NCBI RefSeq assembly: GCF_000619845.1
Contig: NZ_JHUX01000003.1
Location: 940,064-972,063 of the forward strand
DNA: 32,000 bases
Source: Alkanindiges illinoisensis DSM 15370
GTDB lineage: Bacteria > Pseudomonadota > Gammaproteobacteria > Pseudomonadales > Moraxellaceae
Direction: 5' to 3'
The position numbers were made by a program, and so were the translations under genes. Position 1 is the stretch's first letter, and the number at the start of each line of letters is the position of its first letter. The notes under the pieces are model-generated. The model did not search any database, had not been told where the DNA came from, and saw only the letters and a program-made list of their open reading frames with translations. This document shows, in pieces, positions 1 to 9,272 of the stretch.

Positions 1-21
1 CCTTTTGAATTTTGACGAAAT

Positions 22-1599
22 ATGACTGTCTCACGCGCTTTAATTTCTGTATCCGATAAAACCGGTATTGTTGAATTTGCCAGAAAGCTTAATGAGCTTG
101 GCATTGAGCTGCTGTCTACGGGTGGCACTTATAAACTATTAAAGGAAAATAATATTCCTGTGGTTGAAGTTTCTGAACACACAGGTTTCCCGGAAATGAT
201 GGATGGCCGGGTTAAAACCCTGCACCCCAAAATTCATGGGGGTATTTTAGCGCGTCGAGGGCTGGATGAAGCCGTCATGCAGGAACATGGCATTGCGCCC
301 ATTGATCTGGTTATTGTTAACCTGTATCCCTTTGCACAGACCGTAGCAAAACCGGGCTGCTCACTTGAAGATGCAATCGAGAACATTGATATTGGCGGCC
401 CAACCATGGTGCGTGCAGCAGCCAAAAACCACGCATCTGTAGGTATTGTGGTTAATGCCAGTGATTACAGCACTGTAGTTAGCGAGCTACAAGCCAGTAA
501 AACCCTGTCGCATGCTACCCGTTTTGACCTGGCGGTAAAAGCATTTGAACATACTGCCCAATATGATGGCATGATCGCCCAGTATCTTGGTGCACGCGTT
601 AACAAGCAGGCCGATGAAGCTGCTGATCGCTATGCCCGTACCTTTAACCTGCAACTGGTTAAGGCGCAAGATCTGCGCTATGGTGAAAATCCGCATCAAA
701 CCGCTGCTTTCTATGTGGAAAGTACTGCCAAAGAGGCTTCTGTTTCTACTGCCAAGCAATTGCAGGGCAAAGAGCTGTCGTATAACAATATTGCTGACAC
801 TGATGCCGCGCTGGAATGTGTTAAATCATTTGCCAAGCCAGCCTGTGTGATCGTTAAGCATGCCAATCCGTGTGGCGTGGCAGTATCACTGGATGGTATT
901 CAGACAGCATATGATCTGGCCTATGCCACTGATCCTGAATCTGCATTTGGCGGGATCATTGCCTTTAACCGCATGCTGGATAAAGCAACTGCCAAAGCCA
1001 TTATTGATCGCCAGTTTGTTGAAGTGATTATTGCTCCAGCCATTGAAGACGGTGTGCTGGAAATTACCGCAGCCAAGCAAAACGTACGTGTGCTGGTGTG
1101 TGGCGAATTACCTGCACTTGAACAGCGTGCCAGCCAGTTGGACTTTAAACGTGTGACTGGTGGCTTGCTGGTACAGGATCAGGATTTGGCTATTATTAGT
1201 GAAGCTGACTTAAAGGTTGTGACCAAGCGCGCACCGACCGAAGCTGAAATCCATGACCTGATTTTTGCCTGGAAAGTTGCCAAGTACGTGAAGTCCAATG
1301 CCATTGTGTATGCCAAAGGGCGTCAAACTATTGGTATTGGTGCAGGTCAGATGAGCCGTGTTAACTCTGCCCGTATTGCTGCCATTAAAGCCGAACATGC
1401 TGGTTTAAATGTTCAGGGCGCAGTTATGGCATCTGATGCATTTTTCCCGTTCCGTGATGGCATCGATAATGCAGCAGCCGTAGGAATTTCCTGCATTATC
1501 CAACCGGGTGGTTCAATGCGTGATTCTGAAACCATTGCAGCAGCTGATGAGCATGGCATTGCCATGGTATTTACCGGCGTGCGCCATTTCCGTCATTAA
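22..1599 (+). CDS. purH: bifunctional AICAR formyltransferase / IMP cyclohydrolase
   Basis: 525-aa ORF that looks collinear with PurH. The N-terminal MGS-like region has SVSDKTG and LLSTGGT. The C-terminal AICARFT region has [15 protein letters not shown] and QPGGSMRD. Confidence 0.97.
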   Translation: MTVSRALISVSDKTGIVEFARKLNELGIELLSTGGTYKLLKENNIPVVEVSEHTGFPEMMDGRVKTLHPKIHGGILARRGLDEAVMQEHGIAPIDLVIVNLYPFAQTVAKPGCSLEDAIENIDIGGPTMVRAAAKNHASVGIVVNASDYSTVVSELQASKTLSHATRFDLAVKAFEHTAQYDGMIAQYLGARVNKQADEAADRYARTFNLQLVKAQDLRYGENPHQTAAFYVESTAKEASVSTAKQLQGKELSYNNIADTDAALECVKSFAKPACVIVKHANPCGVAVSLDGIQTAYDLAYATDPESAFGGIIAFNRMLDKATAKAIIDRQFVEVIIAPAIEDGVLEITAAKQNVRVLVCGELPALEQRASQLDFKRVTGGLLVQDQDLAIISEADLKVVTKRAPTEAEIHDLIFAWKVAKYVKSNAIVYAKGRQTIGIGAGQMSRVNSARIAAIKAEHAGLNVQGAVMASDAFFPFRDGIDNAAAVGISCIIQPGGSMRDSETIAAADEHGIAMVFTGVRHFRH

Positions 1600-1757
1600 T
1601 TTATAGTCAATCATATTTAAAATCCCTTAACTCCCCCCTCTCAAGGGGGACTTGCCATAAATTCTATGATTTTATTAGAATTTTGATGCTTCTCCCTTTT
1701 TAAAGAGAGTGTAGCGTTGATACAGCAGGAAGGGATTTAAAGTTAAGGATAAATAAA

Positions 1758-3050
1758 GTGAATATTCTGATTTTAGGCGGTGGTGGACGTGAACATGCTC
1801 TGGCATGGAAATGTGCGCAGGATGAGCGTGTTAGCAAGATTTTTATTGCGCCGGGCAATGCTGGAACCGCATTTGAAAATAAATGCAAAAACGTAGATTT
1901 AAATATTCTGGATAATGCGGCTATTGTTGAGTTTGCTAAAACCAGCAAGGTTGATCTGATTATTGTTGGCCCGGAAGCGCCACTAGTCAATGGCGTGGTA
2001 GATGCCTGCCGTGCAGCAAATTTAAAAATCTGGGGACCAACCCAGTATGCCGCACAACTCGAAGGCTCCAAAGCCTTTGCCAAGCATTTCTTAAAGCGCC
2101 ACAATATTCCTACCGCATTTTATGATGTGTTTACCGAAGTAGAGGCTGCCAAGGCTTTCATTCAAAAAAATGGTGCGCCCATTGTCATTAAGGCGGATGG
2201 TCTGGCTGCCGGTAAAGGCGTGATTGTTGCAATGACCGAACAGGAAGCCTTCGACGCAGTTGATGACATGCTGGCAGGCAACAAGTTCGGCGACGCAGGT
2301 TCCCGTGTAGTGATTGAGCAGTTTCTGGACGGTGAAGAAGCCAGCTTTATCTGCATGATTGATGGCAACAATATTTTGCCAATGGCCACCAGTCAGGATC
2401 ACAAGCGTATTTTTGAACAGGATCAAGGGCCAAACACTGGTGGTATGGGTGCGTATTCCCCAGCGCCTGTGGTTACACCAGATGTGTTTGAACGGGTAAT
2501 GACCCAAGTGATGCGGCCAACCGTGGATGGCATGGCAGCAGATGGCCATGTTTACACCGGCTTTTTATATGCCGGCCTGATGATTGACGAGCAAGGCCAG
2601 CCGCGTGTGATTGAGTTTAACTGCCGTTTTGGTGATCCCGAAACCCAGCCGATCATGATGCGCTTGCAATCATCTTTGGTAGAGCTGGTGGAAGCTGGTA
2701 TTGCCGGTAATTTGCCAAAAGACGCCCAGTGGGATGAACGCCGTGCCTTAGGGATTGTGCTGGCAGCCAAAGGCTATCCCGGCGATATCCAAACTAACGA
2801 TATCATTGCTGGTCTGGATCAGTCACCTGAAGATACCAAGATCTTCCATGCGGGTACCAAACTTAGCGAAGATGGTCATGTGCTCACCAGCGGTGGCCGT
2901 GTACTGTGTGTGACTGCACTGGGCGATAATGTATTGGAAGCACAGATTGCCGCGCTGGAAGTGTGTGGACAGGTCACTTTTGATGGTATGCAGTATCGTA
3001 GTGATATTGGTTATCGTGCGATTGAGCGTGAACAAAATGCCAGCGCTTAA
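1758..3050 (+). CDS. purD: phosphoribosylamine-glycine ligase (GAR synthetase)
   Basis: 430-aa ORF with a GTG start and AAGGA 8 nt upstream. ATP-grasp GARS signatures are present: ILILGGGGREHALAWK, GPNTGGMGAYSP and EFNCRFGDPE. Confidence 0.96.
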   Translation: MNILILGGGGREHALAWKCAQDERVSKIFIAPGNAGTAFENKCKNVDLNILDNAAIVEFAKTSKVDLIIVGPEAPLVNGVVDACRAANLKIWGPTQYAAQLEGSKAFAKHFLKRHNIPTAFYDVFTEVEAAKAFIQKNGAPIVIKADGLAAGKGVIVAMTEQEAFDAVDDMLAGNKFGDAGSRVVIEQFLDGEEASFICMIDGNNILPMATSQDHKRIFEQDQGPNTGGMGAYSPAPVVTPDVFERVMTQVMRPTVDGMAADGHVYTGFLYAGLMIDEQGQPRVIEFNCRFGDPETQPIMMRLQSSLVELVEAGIAGNLPKDAQWDERRALGIVLAAKGYPGDIQTNDIIAGLDQSPEDTKIFHAGTKLSEDGHVLTSGGRVLCVTALGDNVLEAQIAALEVCGQVTFDGMQYRSDIGYRAIEREQNASA

Positions 3051-3119
3051 TGCAAATAAGTCTTAAAATATAAAGTCGTAGACTGCCAATTTTGACTTAA
3101 ACTTTTGTTACAATAGTAC

Positions 3120-3159
3120 AACCGCTTTTGACTTACCGTGTTAAAAGCGGTTTCTTTTT
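3120..3159 (+). terminator. rho-independent terminator after purD
   Basis: Perfect 10-bp stem aaccgctttt (3120-3129) / aaaagcggtt (3143-3152), followed by tcttttt. Confidence 0.8.
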
Positions 3160-3321
3160 GCCGTGCTGTTATTGCAAAAAATGGTTAAATCAATTACTTG
3201 AAAACACCAAAGCGCTTTAACAGACACTGATTTGTTACTGAAGGGTTCTGCTTCTTTCACTAAAATAACAAGTCTTTGAAATGAGCACTACATCCCATTT
3301 TAGTTTGAGGATAACGCAAAT

Positions 3322-4695
3322 ATGTCTGATCGTTCAGATAAACTTGACCAGCTAAAAACGTCTGCTTTTGATCGCCGTTTTTCAATTGCCAAAGCCTCGT
3401 TTGTTGCTGGAACCCGCTGGGCGACTGCCAATGCCAGCAGCATGTTTGCCAATGAAGAAACCAAAAGTAAAAAACGCAAACAAGCCATGAGCGAACAAGC
3501 CAATTATCTGGTACAGGAAATTGGCAAGCTCAAAGGTTCGATTGTTAAAATTGGCCAGATGATGGCTCTGTACGGTGAGCATTTCTTGCCAGAAGAAATT
3601 ACAGAAGCGCTGCATACCTTAAATAATAATACCGTTGCCCTATCCTGGCCTGCTATCAAGACGCAGTTGCGCCATGAACTGGGTGTCAAGCTGGATGACT
3701 TAACCATTGACCATGAACCATTAGGCACTGCCTCACTGGCACAAGTACATCGTGCTATTCGCAAATCTGATGGGCTTGAAGTAGTACTAAAAATTCAATA
3801 TCCCGGTGTGGCGGAAGCTATTGATTCAGACATGAGCCTGTTTCGCAATATGCTCAAGCTCACCCGCATGGTGCCGCAAACCCGTGAGTTTGACGAGTGG
3901 TTTGAAGAAGTGCGCGAGATGATGCACCGCGAAGTCAACTATCACATGGAAGCAGATACCACCCGGCGTTTTTATGAGCGTCTAAAAGATGACGGCCGTT
4001 ATATTGTTCCGCAGATTATTGATGAATACTGCACTGACCGTGTGCTGTGCATGACCTTTGAACGTGGCGTACCTGTCAACAGTCCTGTGATGTTGTCCTT
4101 GCCGCAAGCACGTCGTGACAAGCTGGGTGAAGCATCCCTTGAAGTGACCATTCGTGAAATCTTTGAATGGGGCGAAATGCAAACCGACCCCAACTTTGGC
4201 AATTATCTGGTTCGTCTGGGTAATGGTAAGGAGATTGAAGACAAGATTGTGCTGCTGGATTTTGGGGCTATTCGCCAGTTTGACCAGAATTTATTAAATG
4301 TGGCACGCGGCTTGATCGTGGCAGGTTATCACCATGATCTGAATAAAATGGTTGATGCCATGCAGGGTTACAGTTTCTTTGACCAGATGCCAGCCAGCGT
4401 TAAACCCGGTATGGCCAAAGTATTTCTGCTGGCGACAGAAAGCTTTAGTTCACTCCAAAACAACCCTGACCTTCCGCCGGGTATTATGGATGCCGATGGC
4501 AAATATAACTGGCGTAAGAGCCAGTTGCATGCCCGTGTGATCAAGCAGGCTGGAGAATCCATGGCTTCACGCTATTTTAGTGTGCCGCCCAAGGAGTTCA
4601 TGTTTATTAGTCGCAAATTTATTGGTGCCTATACCTTTATGACGGTAATTGATGCGCATACCAACATGCGCAAAATGCTGGAAGCGCATTTATAA
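3322..4695 (+). CDS. ABC1/UbiB-family atypical protein kinase (short, soluble type)
   Basis: 457-aa ORF with ABC1 motifs: VKIGQMMAL (KxGQ), the Ala-rich loop LGTASLAQVHRA followed by VVLKIQYPGV, MQTDPNFGNYLV, and LLDFG. Confidence 0.85.
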   Translation: MSDRSDKLDQLKTSAFDRRFSIAKASFVAGTRWATANASSMFANEETKSKKRKQAMSEQANYLVQEIGKLKGSIVKIGQMMALYGEHFLPEEITEALHTLNNNTVALSWPAIKTQLRHELGVKLDDLTIDHEPLGTASLAQVHRAIRKSDGLEVVLKIQYPGVAEAIDSDMSLFRNMLKLTRMVPQTREFDEWFEEVREMMHREVNYHMEADTTRRFYERLKDDGRYIVPQIIDEYCTDRVLCMTFERGVPVNSPVMLSLPQARRDKLGEASLEVTIREIFEWGEMQTDPNFGNYLVRLGNGKEIEDKIVLLDFGAIRQFDQNLLNVARGLIVAGYHHDLNKMVDAMQGYSFFDQMPASVKPGMAKVFLLATESFSSLQNNPDLPPGIMDADGKYNWRKSQLHARVIKQAGESMASRYFSVPPKEFMFISRKFIGAYTFMTVIDAHTNMRKMLEAHL

Positions 4696-4711
4696 GCTTT
4701 TGAATATTTAT

Positions 4712-4747
4712 AAAAAAACCGCACATTAACTGCGGTTTTTTATTTTT
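4712..4747. terminator. bidirectional terminator between convergent genes
   Basis: Stem aaaaaaaccgca (4712-4723) / tgcggttttttt (4731-4742) around a 7-nt loop, with an A-run upstream and a T-run downstream. It lies between the stops at 4695 (+) and 4784 (-). Confidence 0.8.
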
Positions 4748-4783
4748 CCTAAGGCTTAAATTTTTTCAAAGCCACTGAAAAAT

Positions 4784-6313
4784 TTATACTTTGGCCAGCA
4801 ATCGCTTGATCGGATTTAGCCGTGGCAGTTTTTTCTCACTGGTGTATCTGGCAGGATCAAAACTACGGGTTTTTAGCCAGTACATAAAAGTAAAGCTGGG
4901 CCATAAAGTGGTATTGCGTCCGGTTTCATCCAAGTACCAGCTATTACAACCGGATTTCCAGACCGATTTATCGCTTTGCTTTTGCATATCCTGCACAAAT
5001 TCATCTTCAGCCTCCTGCTTGACTTCCAGCGTATTGAGCTTGTGCTTTTTCATGTACTTTAAAGCCTGCGCAATATAGCTGGCCTGCGATTCAATCATAA
5101 AAATAATTGAGTTATGGCCAAGACCAGTGTTTGGCCCTAACAGGAAAAACGCATTGGGGAAGTCATAGCTGCTAATGCCCAAGTACGCATGCATGCCATT
5201 TTTCCAGTGGGTTTGAATGCTTTTGCCATGCTTGCCAGTAATATCAAACTGGTTGGCCTGATTGGTTACATCAAAACCGGTGCAGTAAATAATCACATCA
5301 ACCGGGTAATCCTGACCATTTGCCATTACACTGTTTTCACTAATTTCAGTTACCCCGCCACCCACCAGATGCACATTGTCCTGATTAAAGGCTGGATAAT
5401 AGCTGTTGGACAGCAGCACGCGTTTACAGCCCATGGTGTAGTTAGGCGTTAATGCTGCACGGGTCTTTTCATCTTTGACCCGTTGCAGGTTTTTATAGGC
5501 TAGCTTCTGGCCATATTTCATGATGCGTGGATCAATCACAAAACCGGCGGCGCTGGCTTCCAGAATCCAGTAAATCTTGTTGCGATACCACTTGCGCGCC
5601 AGCAGGCTTTTTTCATATTTGTCCTTGGTTTCTTCCTTGAAGGCAAAATCTGCCTTGGGCAATACCCAAGCTGGCGTGCGCTGGAATACATACAGTTCGC
5701 TGGCTACTTTGGCCATTTCCGGCACCACCTGAATTGCACTTGCCCCTGTCCCAATCACAGCAATACGCTTGCCCTGTAAATCAACCGAATGATCCCATTT
5801 GGCAGAGTGCATGGTTACACCTTTAAAGTCATGCAGGCCCTTGATATTGGGATAAGATGGAATATGCAAGGCACCACGCGCTGATACCACGGCACGCGCA
5901 CGGAATTGCTGACCACTGGCAGTATCTACCTGCCATGTGCAGTTATCATCGTTATAATGCGCACCGGTGACTTCAACATTAAAGCGGATATGCGGATACA
6001 ACTGATATTTTTGTGCTACATTTTTGGTGTAATCAAAAATCTCCGGCTGTGCAGCAAACGAGCGTGACCAGCGGTTTGGCTCAAAGGAATAGCAATACAT
6101 ATGGGAAGGCACATCGCAGGCTGCACCCGGATACACGTTATCACGCCATGTCCCGCCCACATCATTGCCTTTTTCCAGAATAATAAAATCAACACCTGCC
6201 TTTTGCAGGGCAATGGCCATTGCCATTCCACTAAAACCAGCGCCGACTATTAATACAGAAGCGTCTAGTCCGGTGGTGCTATTGGCTAAAACTTGGGTCG
6301 CAGGCTGACTCAT
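4784..6313 (-). CDS. flavin-dependent Baeyer-Villiger-type monooxygenase (EthA/AlmA-like class B FMO)
   Basis: FAD GxGxxG motif (VLIVGAGFSGMAMA), the exact BVMO fingerprint FxGxxxHxxxW[PD] (FKGVTMHSAKWD), and a second Rossmann motif (IAVIGTGASAIQ). I trimmed the start from the ORF-track position 6442 to the ATG at 6313, which has AGGA 7 nt upstream. The extra 43 N-terminal residues look non-native. Confidence 0.85.
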   Translation of the reverse strand: MSQPATQVLANSTTGLDASVLIVGAGFSGMAMAIALQKAGVDFIILEKGNDVGGTWRDNVYPGAACDVPSHMYCYSFEPNRWSRSFAAQPEIFDYTKNVAQKYQLYPHIRFNVEVTGAHYNDDNCTWQVDTASGQQFRARAVVSARGALHIPSYPNIKGLHDFKGVTMHSAKWDHSVDLQGKRIAVIGTGASAIQVVPEMAKVASELYVFQRTPAWVLPKADFAFKEETKDKYEKSLLARKWYRNKIYWILEASAAGFVIDPRIMKYGQKLAYKNLQRVKDEKTRAALTPNYTMGCKRVLLSNSYYPAFNQDNVHLVGGGVTEISENSVMANGQDYPVDVIIYCTGFDVTNQANQFDITGKHGKSIQTHWKNGMHAYLGISSYDFPNAFFLLGPNTGLGHNSIIFMIESQASYIAQALKYMKKHKLNTLEVKQEAEDEFVQDMQKQSDKSVWKSGCNSWYLDETGRNTTLWPSFTFMYWLKTRSFDPARYTSEKKLPRLNPIKRLLAKV

Positions 6314-6655
6314 GTAAACATCCTTTTTGCTTTCAATCGCTGGGTAAGTCTTATAAATGACAACGCATATTGTCAAAAACAATTTAATTGCGCAAGTGGC
6401 CAGTGTTCGCTTTTCCATGAATACTGTCAACACACCAGTCACTTTTAAAAATTTTTGTCATTTAGGCCAATTCATAAATTTTCTTCTGATAATATTTTTA
6501 AAATTTAACATTAAAAATCAATATATTGAATATTTATAAAAGAAACAAAAAAGGTAATTTTTAAATTTTAGTGCCAGTCATTTCAGCAATGGGGCTTCGG
6601 CTTTTTTTGTGTCAGGATTTTAAGCATCCTACAGGTACGAAGGAATATCTGCCGC

Positions 6656-7957
6656 ATGACTACAAATACAACCATGAACAAGGCTCAGGGCTTTGGTCTT
6701 AACCTGCTCACCCGTTTTGCTGCCAGTGATCTGATAGATCAGCTAAAAATGCGCAAATTACTGGAAAAAACCCTGTATCACGGCAGTAAATCCGGTTTTA
6801 AATTACTCGACAGCGCTTCACGCCAGTTTAAACCTGCTTCGGGTACAGGCAAGCAACGCCTGCCTGCCACTGCCAAAAACCTGTTTGATTTAAGTCTTAC
6901 CGAAGAACAGCAAATGATGCGCGATACGGTGCAACGGTTTGCTGCCGATGTATTACGTCCAGCTGCCCATCATGCAGATGATCAGGCCAGTTATCCTGCT
7001 GAAATTGCCACACAGGCACAGGAGCTGGGGCTGCTGTTTTATGCCTTACCGGAAAGCTATGGTGGTGTGGCCAGTGAACAATCTGTAGTAAGTAATGTGT
7101 TAATTGCAGAAGACCTGGGTCATGGTGACTTTAGCCTCGCGGCCAATATCCTAACGCCATTAAGTGCCGCCAATGCCATTACTCGCTGGGGCACAACTGA
7201 AATGCAGGAAAAATACCTGCCTGCCTTTGCCGAAGAAACACCGCTACTGGCCACTTTTGCCATACTGGAAGCAACGCCTGCATTTAATCCCAACGAATTA
7301 AAAACCCAGGCACGCCAGACTGAACAAGGCTATCTGATTACTGGTGAAAAAACGCTGGTGATACTGGGCGAACAAGCCGATATTTTTTTAGTAGCCGCCA
7401 TGTTAAACGGCAAGCCTAATATTTTTGTGGTGGAAAAACATGACAGTATTGGCGTACGCCAGAATCCGGCCATGGGCTTAAAAGCCTGCCAGACGGTGAA
7501 CCTGAAATTTGGCAATACGCCTGCTGCCCTGCTTAACGATGATGATTTTGACTATCAGGCATTTCTGGATTTGGGTGCCTTAAGCTGGTGTGCTCTGGCT
7601 GTTGGCACCTGTCAGGCGGTGAAAGAATATTGCATCAATTATGCCAATGAACGCACTGCCTTTGGTGAACCAATCTCCCACCGCCAAAGCGTGGCGTTCA
7701 TGATTGCTGACATGGCCATTGAAATTGATGCCATGCGCATGCTGGTGTGGAACGCAGCCAGTCTTGCTGAAGCTGGCAAGCCGTTTCATCGCGAAGCCTA
7801 TTTAGCACGTTTATTATGCAATGAGAAATCCATGAAAATTGGTAATGATGGGGTTCAGATTGTAGGCGGCCATGGCTATACCAAAGAGCATCCGGTAGAG
7901 CGCTGGTATCGTGATTTACGAGCCACAGCTATTATGCATTCTGGCCTGCATGCCTGA
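6656..7957 (+). CDS. acyl-CoA dehydrogenase-fold protein, apparently non-catalytic partner subunit
   Basis: 433-aa ORF with the ACAD fold (GGHGYTKEHPVERWYRDLRA). The position of the usual I-Y-E-G-T catalytic-base motif reads AIMHSG, and the protein ends 3 residues later. The TEPxxGSD motif is replaced by ILEATPAFNPNE. There is an N-terminal extension of about 80 aa. Confidence 0.8.
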   Translation: MTTNTTMNKAQGFGLNLLTRFAASDLIDQLKMRKLLEKTLYHGSKSGFKLLDSASRQFKPASGTGKQRLPATAKNLFDLSLTEEQQMMRDTVQRFAADVLRPAAHHADDQASYPAEIATQAQELGLLFYALPESYGGVASEQSVVSNVLIAEDLGHGDFSLAANILTPLSAANAITRWGTTEMQEKYLPAFAEETPLLATFAILEATPAFNPNELKTQARQTEQGYLITGEKTLVILGEQADIFLVAAMLNGKPNIFVVEKHDSIGVRQNPAMGLKACQTVNLKFGNTPAALLNDDDFDYQAFLDLGALSWCALAVGTCQAVKEYCINYANERTAFGEPISHRQSVAFMIADMAIEIDAMRMLVWNAASLAEAGKPFHREAYLARLLCNEKSMKIGNDGVQIVGGHGYTKEHPVERWYRDLRATAIMHSGLHA

Positions 7958-7985
7958 TTTACGCCAAGATTAAAGGAACACGACA

Positions 7986-9188
7986 ATGAATTTACAAAAT
8001 CCCAAAAAGTTCAAAATGATGGTGGATCAGGCACACGAAGTGGCCCTGAATGTGCTGCGTCCGATTTCGCGGAAATATGACAAAGCCGAACATGCTTACC
8101 CTAAAGAACTGGATATGCTGGCTTCACTGCTTGACGGCATGAATGATAGTGGTGGTTCGGAAACTGGCGCAGCTACGGCCGGAAAACGCGGTGAAACCCA
8201 ACAGCAAGGCATTCGTAATGGCTCCAATATGTCCACAGCCTTGGGTATTATTGAAATGTGCTATGGCGATACGGGTCTGCTGCTGAGTATGCCAAGGCAA
8301 GGCTTGGGTAACTCGGCTATTGCAGCAGTTGCCAATGACGAACAACTGGAACGGTTTAAAGGTAAGTGGGCCGCCATGGCCATTACTGAGCCGGGCTGTG
8401 GTTCTGATTCAGCAGCCATTCGTACCACAGCTGTAAAAGACGGCGATGACTATATTTTAAACGGCGAAAAAATCTTTGTTACCAGTGGCGAGCGAGCCGA
8501 CTGTGTGGTGGTCTGGGCGACACTGGACAAAAAATTGGGTCGAGCGGCCATTAAATCCTTTGTGGTAGAAAAAGGTATACCCGGCATGACTGTGGAGCGA
8601 CTGGAACACAAGCTGGGAATTAAGGCATCAGATACGGCTGCTATTAGCTTCATTGATTGCCGCGTACCGGCTGCCAATCTTTTGGGCAATGCAGAAATTG
8701 ATGTGGCCAAAGGGTTTGCTGGCGTCATGGAAACCTTTGACAATACCCGTCCACTGGTTGCTGCCATGGCTGTGGGTTGTGCCAAAGCGTCGCTGGAGCG
8801 CATCAAGGAAATTTTCAAGGACCAGCTAGATCCCAATTATGCAACGCCAGTGCTAAATACCAGCAATATTGCAGCCACCATTTATCGGCTGGAAGCGGAA
8901 TGGGAAGCTACCCGTTTGCTGACCATCAAAGCATGCTGGATGGCCGATAACAAAATGCCAAACTCCAAGGAAGCCTCCATTGCCAAAGCCAAGGCTGGAC
9001 GGATTGGCAGTGAGATTACCTTAAAATGCGTGGAACTGGCTGCCAGCGTAGGTTATGGTGAGGATGAGTTACTGGAAAAATGGGCACGTGATTCCAAAAT
9101 TCTGGATATTTTTGAAGGTACCCAACAGATTCAGCAATTAATTATTGCCCGCCGCGAACTGGGTAAATCTTCCAGTGAATTGAAGTAA
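7986..9188 (+). CDS. acyl-CoA dehydrogenase (catalytic-type)
   Basis: 400-aa ORF with ITEPGCGSD, ILNGEKIFVTSG, and the catalytic-base motif ILDIFEGTQQIQQLIIAR. It starts 28 nt after the upstream ACAD-fold gene. Confidence 0.9.
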   Translation: MNLQNPKKFKMMVDQAHEVALNVLRPISRKYDKAEHAYPKELDMLASLLDGMNDSGGSETGAATAGKRGETQQQGIRNGSNMSTALGIIEMCYGDTGLLLSMPRQGLGNSAIAAVANDEQLERFKGKWAAMAITEPGCGSDSAAIRTTAVKDGDDYILNGEKIFVTSGERADCVVVWATLDKKLGRAAIKSFVVEKGIPGMTVERLEHKLGIKASDTAAISFIDCRVPAANLLGNAEIDVAKGFAGVMETFDNTRPLVAAMAVGCAKASLERIKEIFKDQLDPNYATPVLNTSNIAATIYRLEAEWEATRLLTIKACWMADNKMPNSKEASIAKAKAGRIGSEITLKCVELAASVGYGEDELLEKWARDSKILDIFEGTQQIQQLIIARRELGKSSSELK

Positions 9189-9220
9189 ATTACACCAGCA
9201 TCCTTAGCTTTTATTTTAAA

Positions 9221-9249
9221 AGCGTAACCTGATCCGTTACACTTTTTAT
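9221..9249. terminator. probable bidirectional terminator between the ACAD operon and galE
   Basis: Stem agcgtaac (9221-9228) / gttacact (9236-9243), 7 of 8 bp paired. T-rich (ttttt) downstream and aaaa upstream. The genes on either side are convergent. Confidence 0.55.
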
Positions 9250-9272
9250 CTCTCTACAGGACTAATATTTGG

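Noticed and set aside
1700-2104. 134-aa minus-strand ORF overlapping the purD start
   Set aside because: It is antisense to the strongly supported purD and has no motifs. The same reasoning applies to the other antisense ORFs in the track, for example 2091-2549, 8450-8836, 18728-19045, 23717-24016, 29238-29609 and 30952-31260.
6560-6610. ggggcttcggcttttttt upstream of the first ACAD gene, considered as a terminator
   Set aside because: The stem is only GC-ttcg-GC (2-3 bp), too weak for an intrinsic terminator. It is probably just part of the divergent promoter region.
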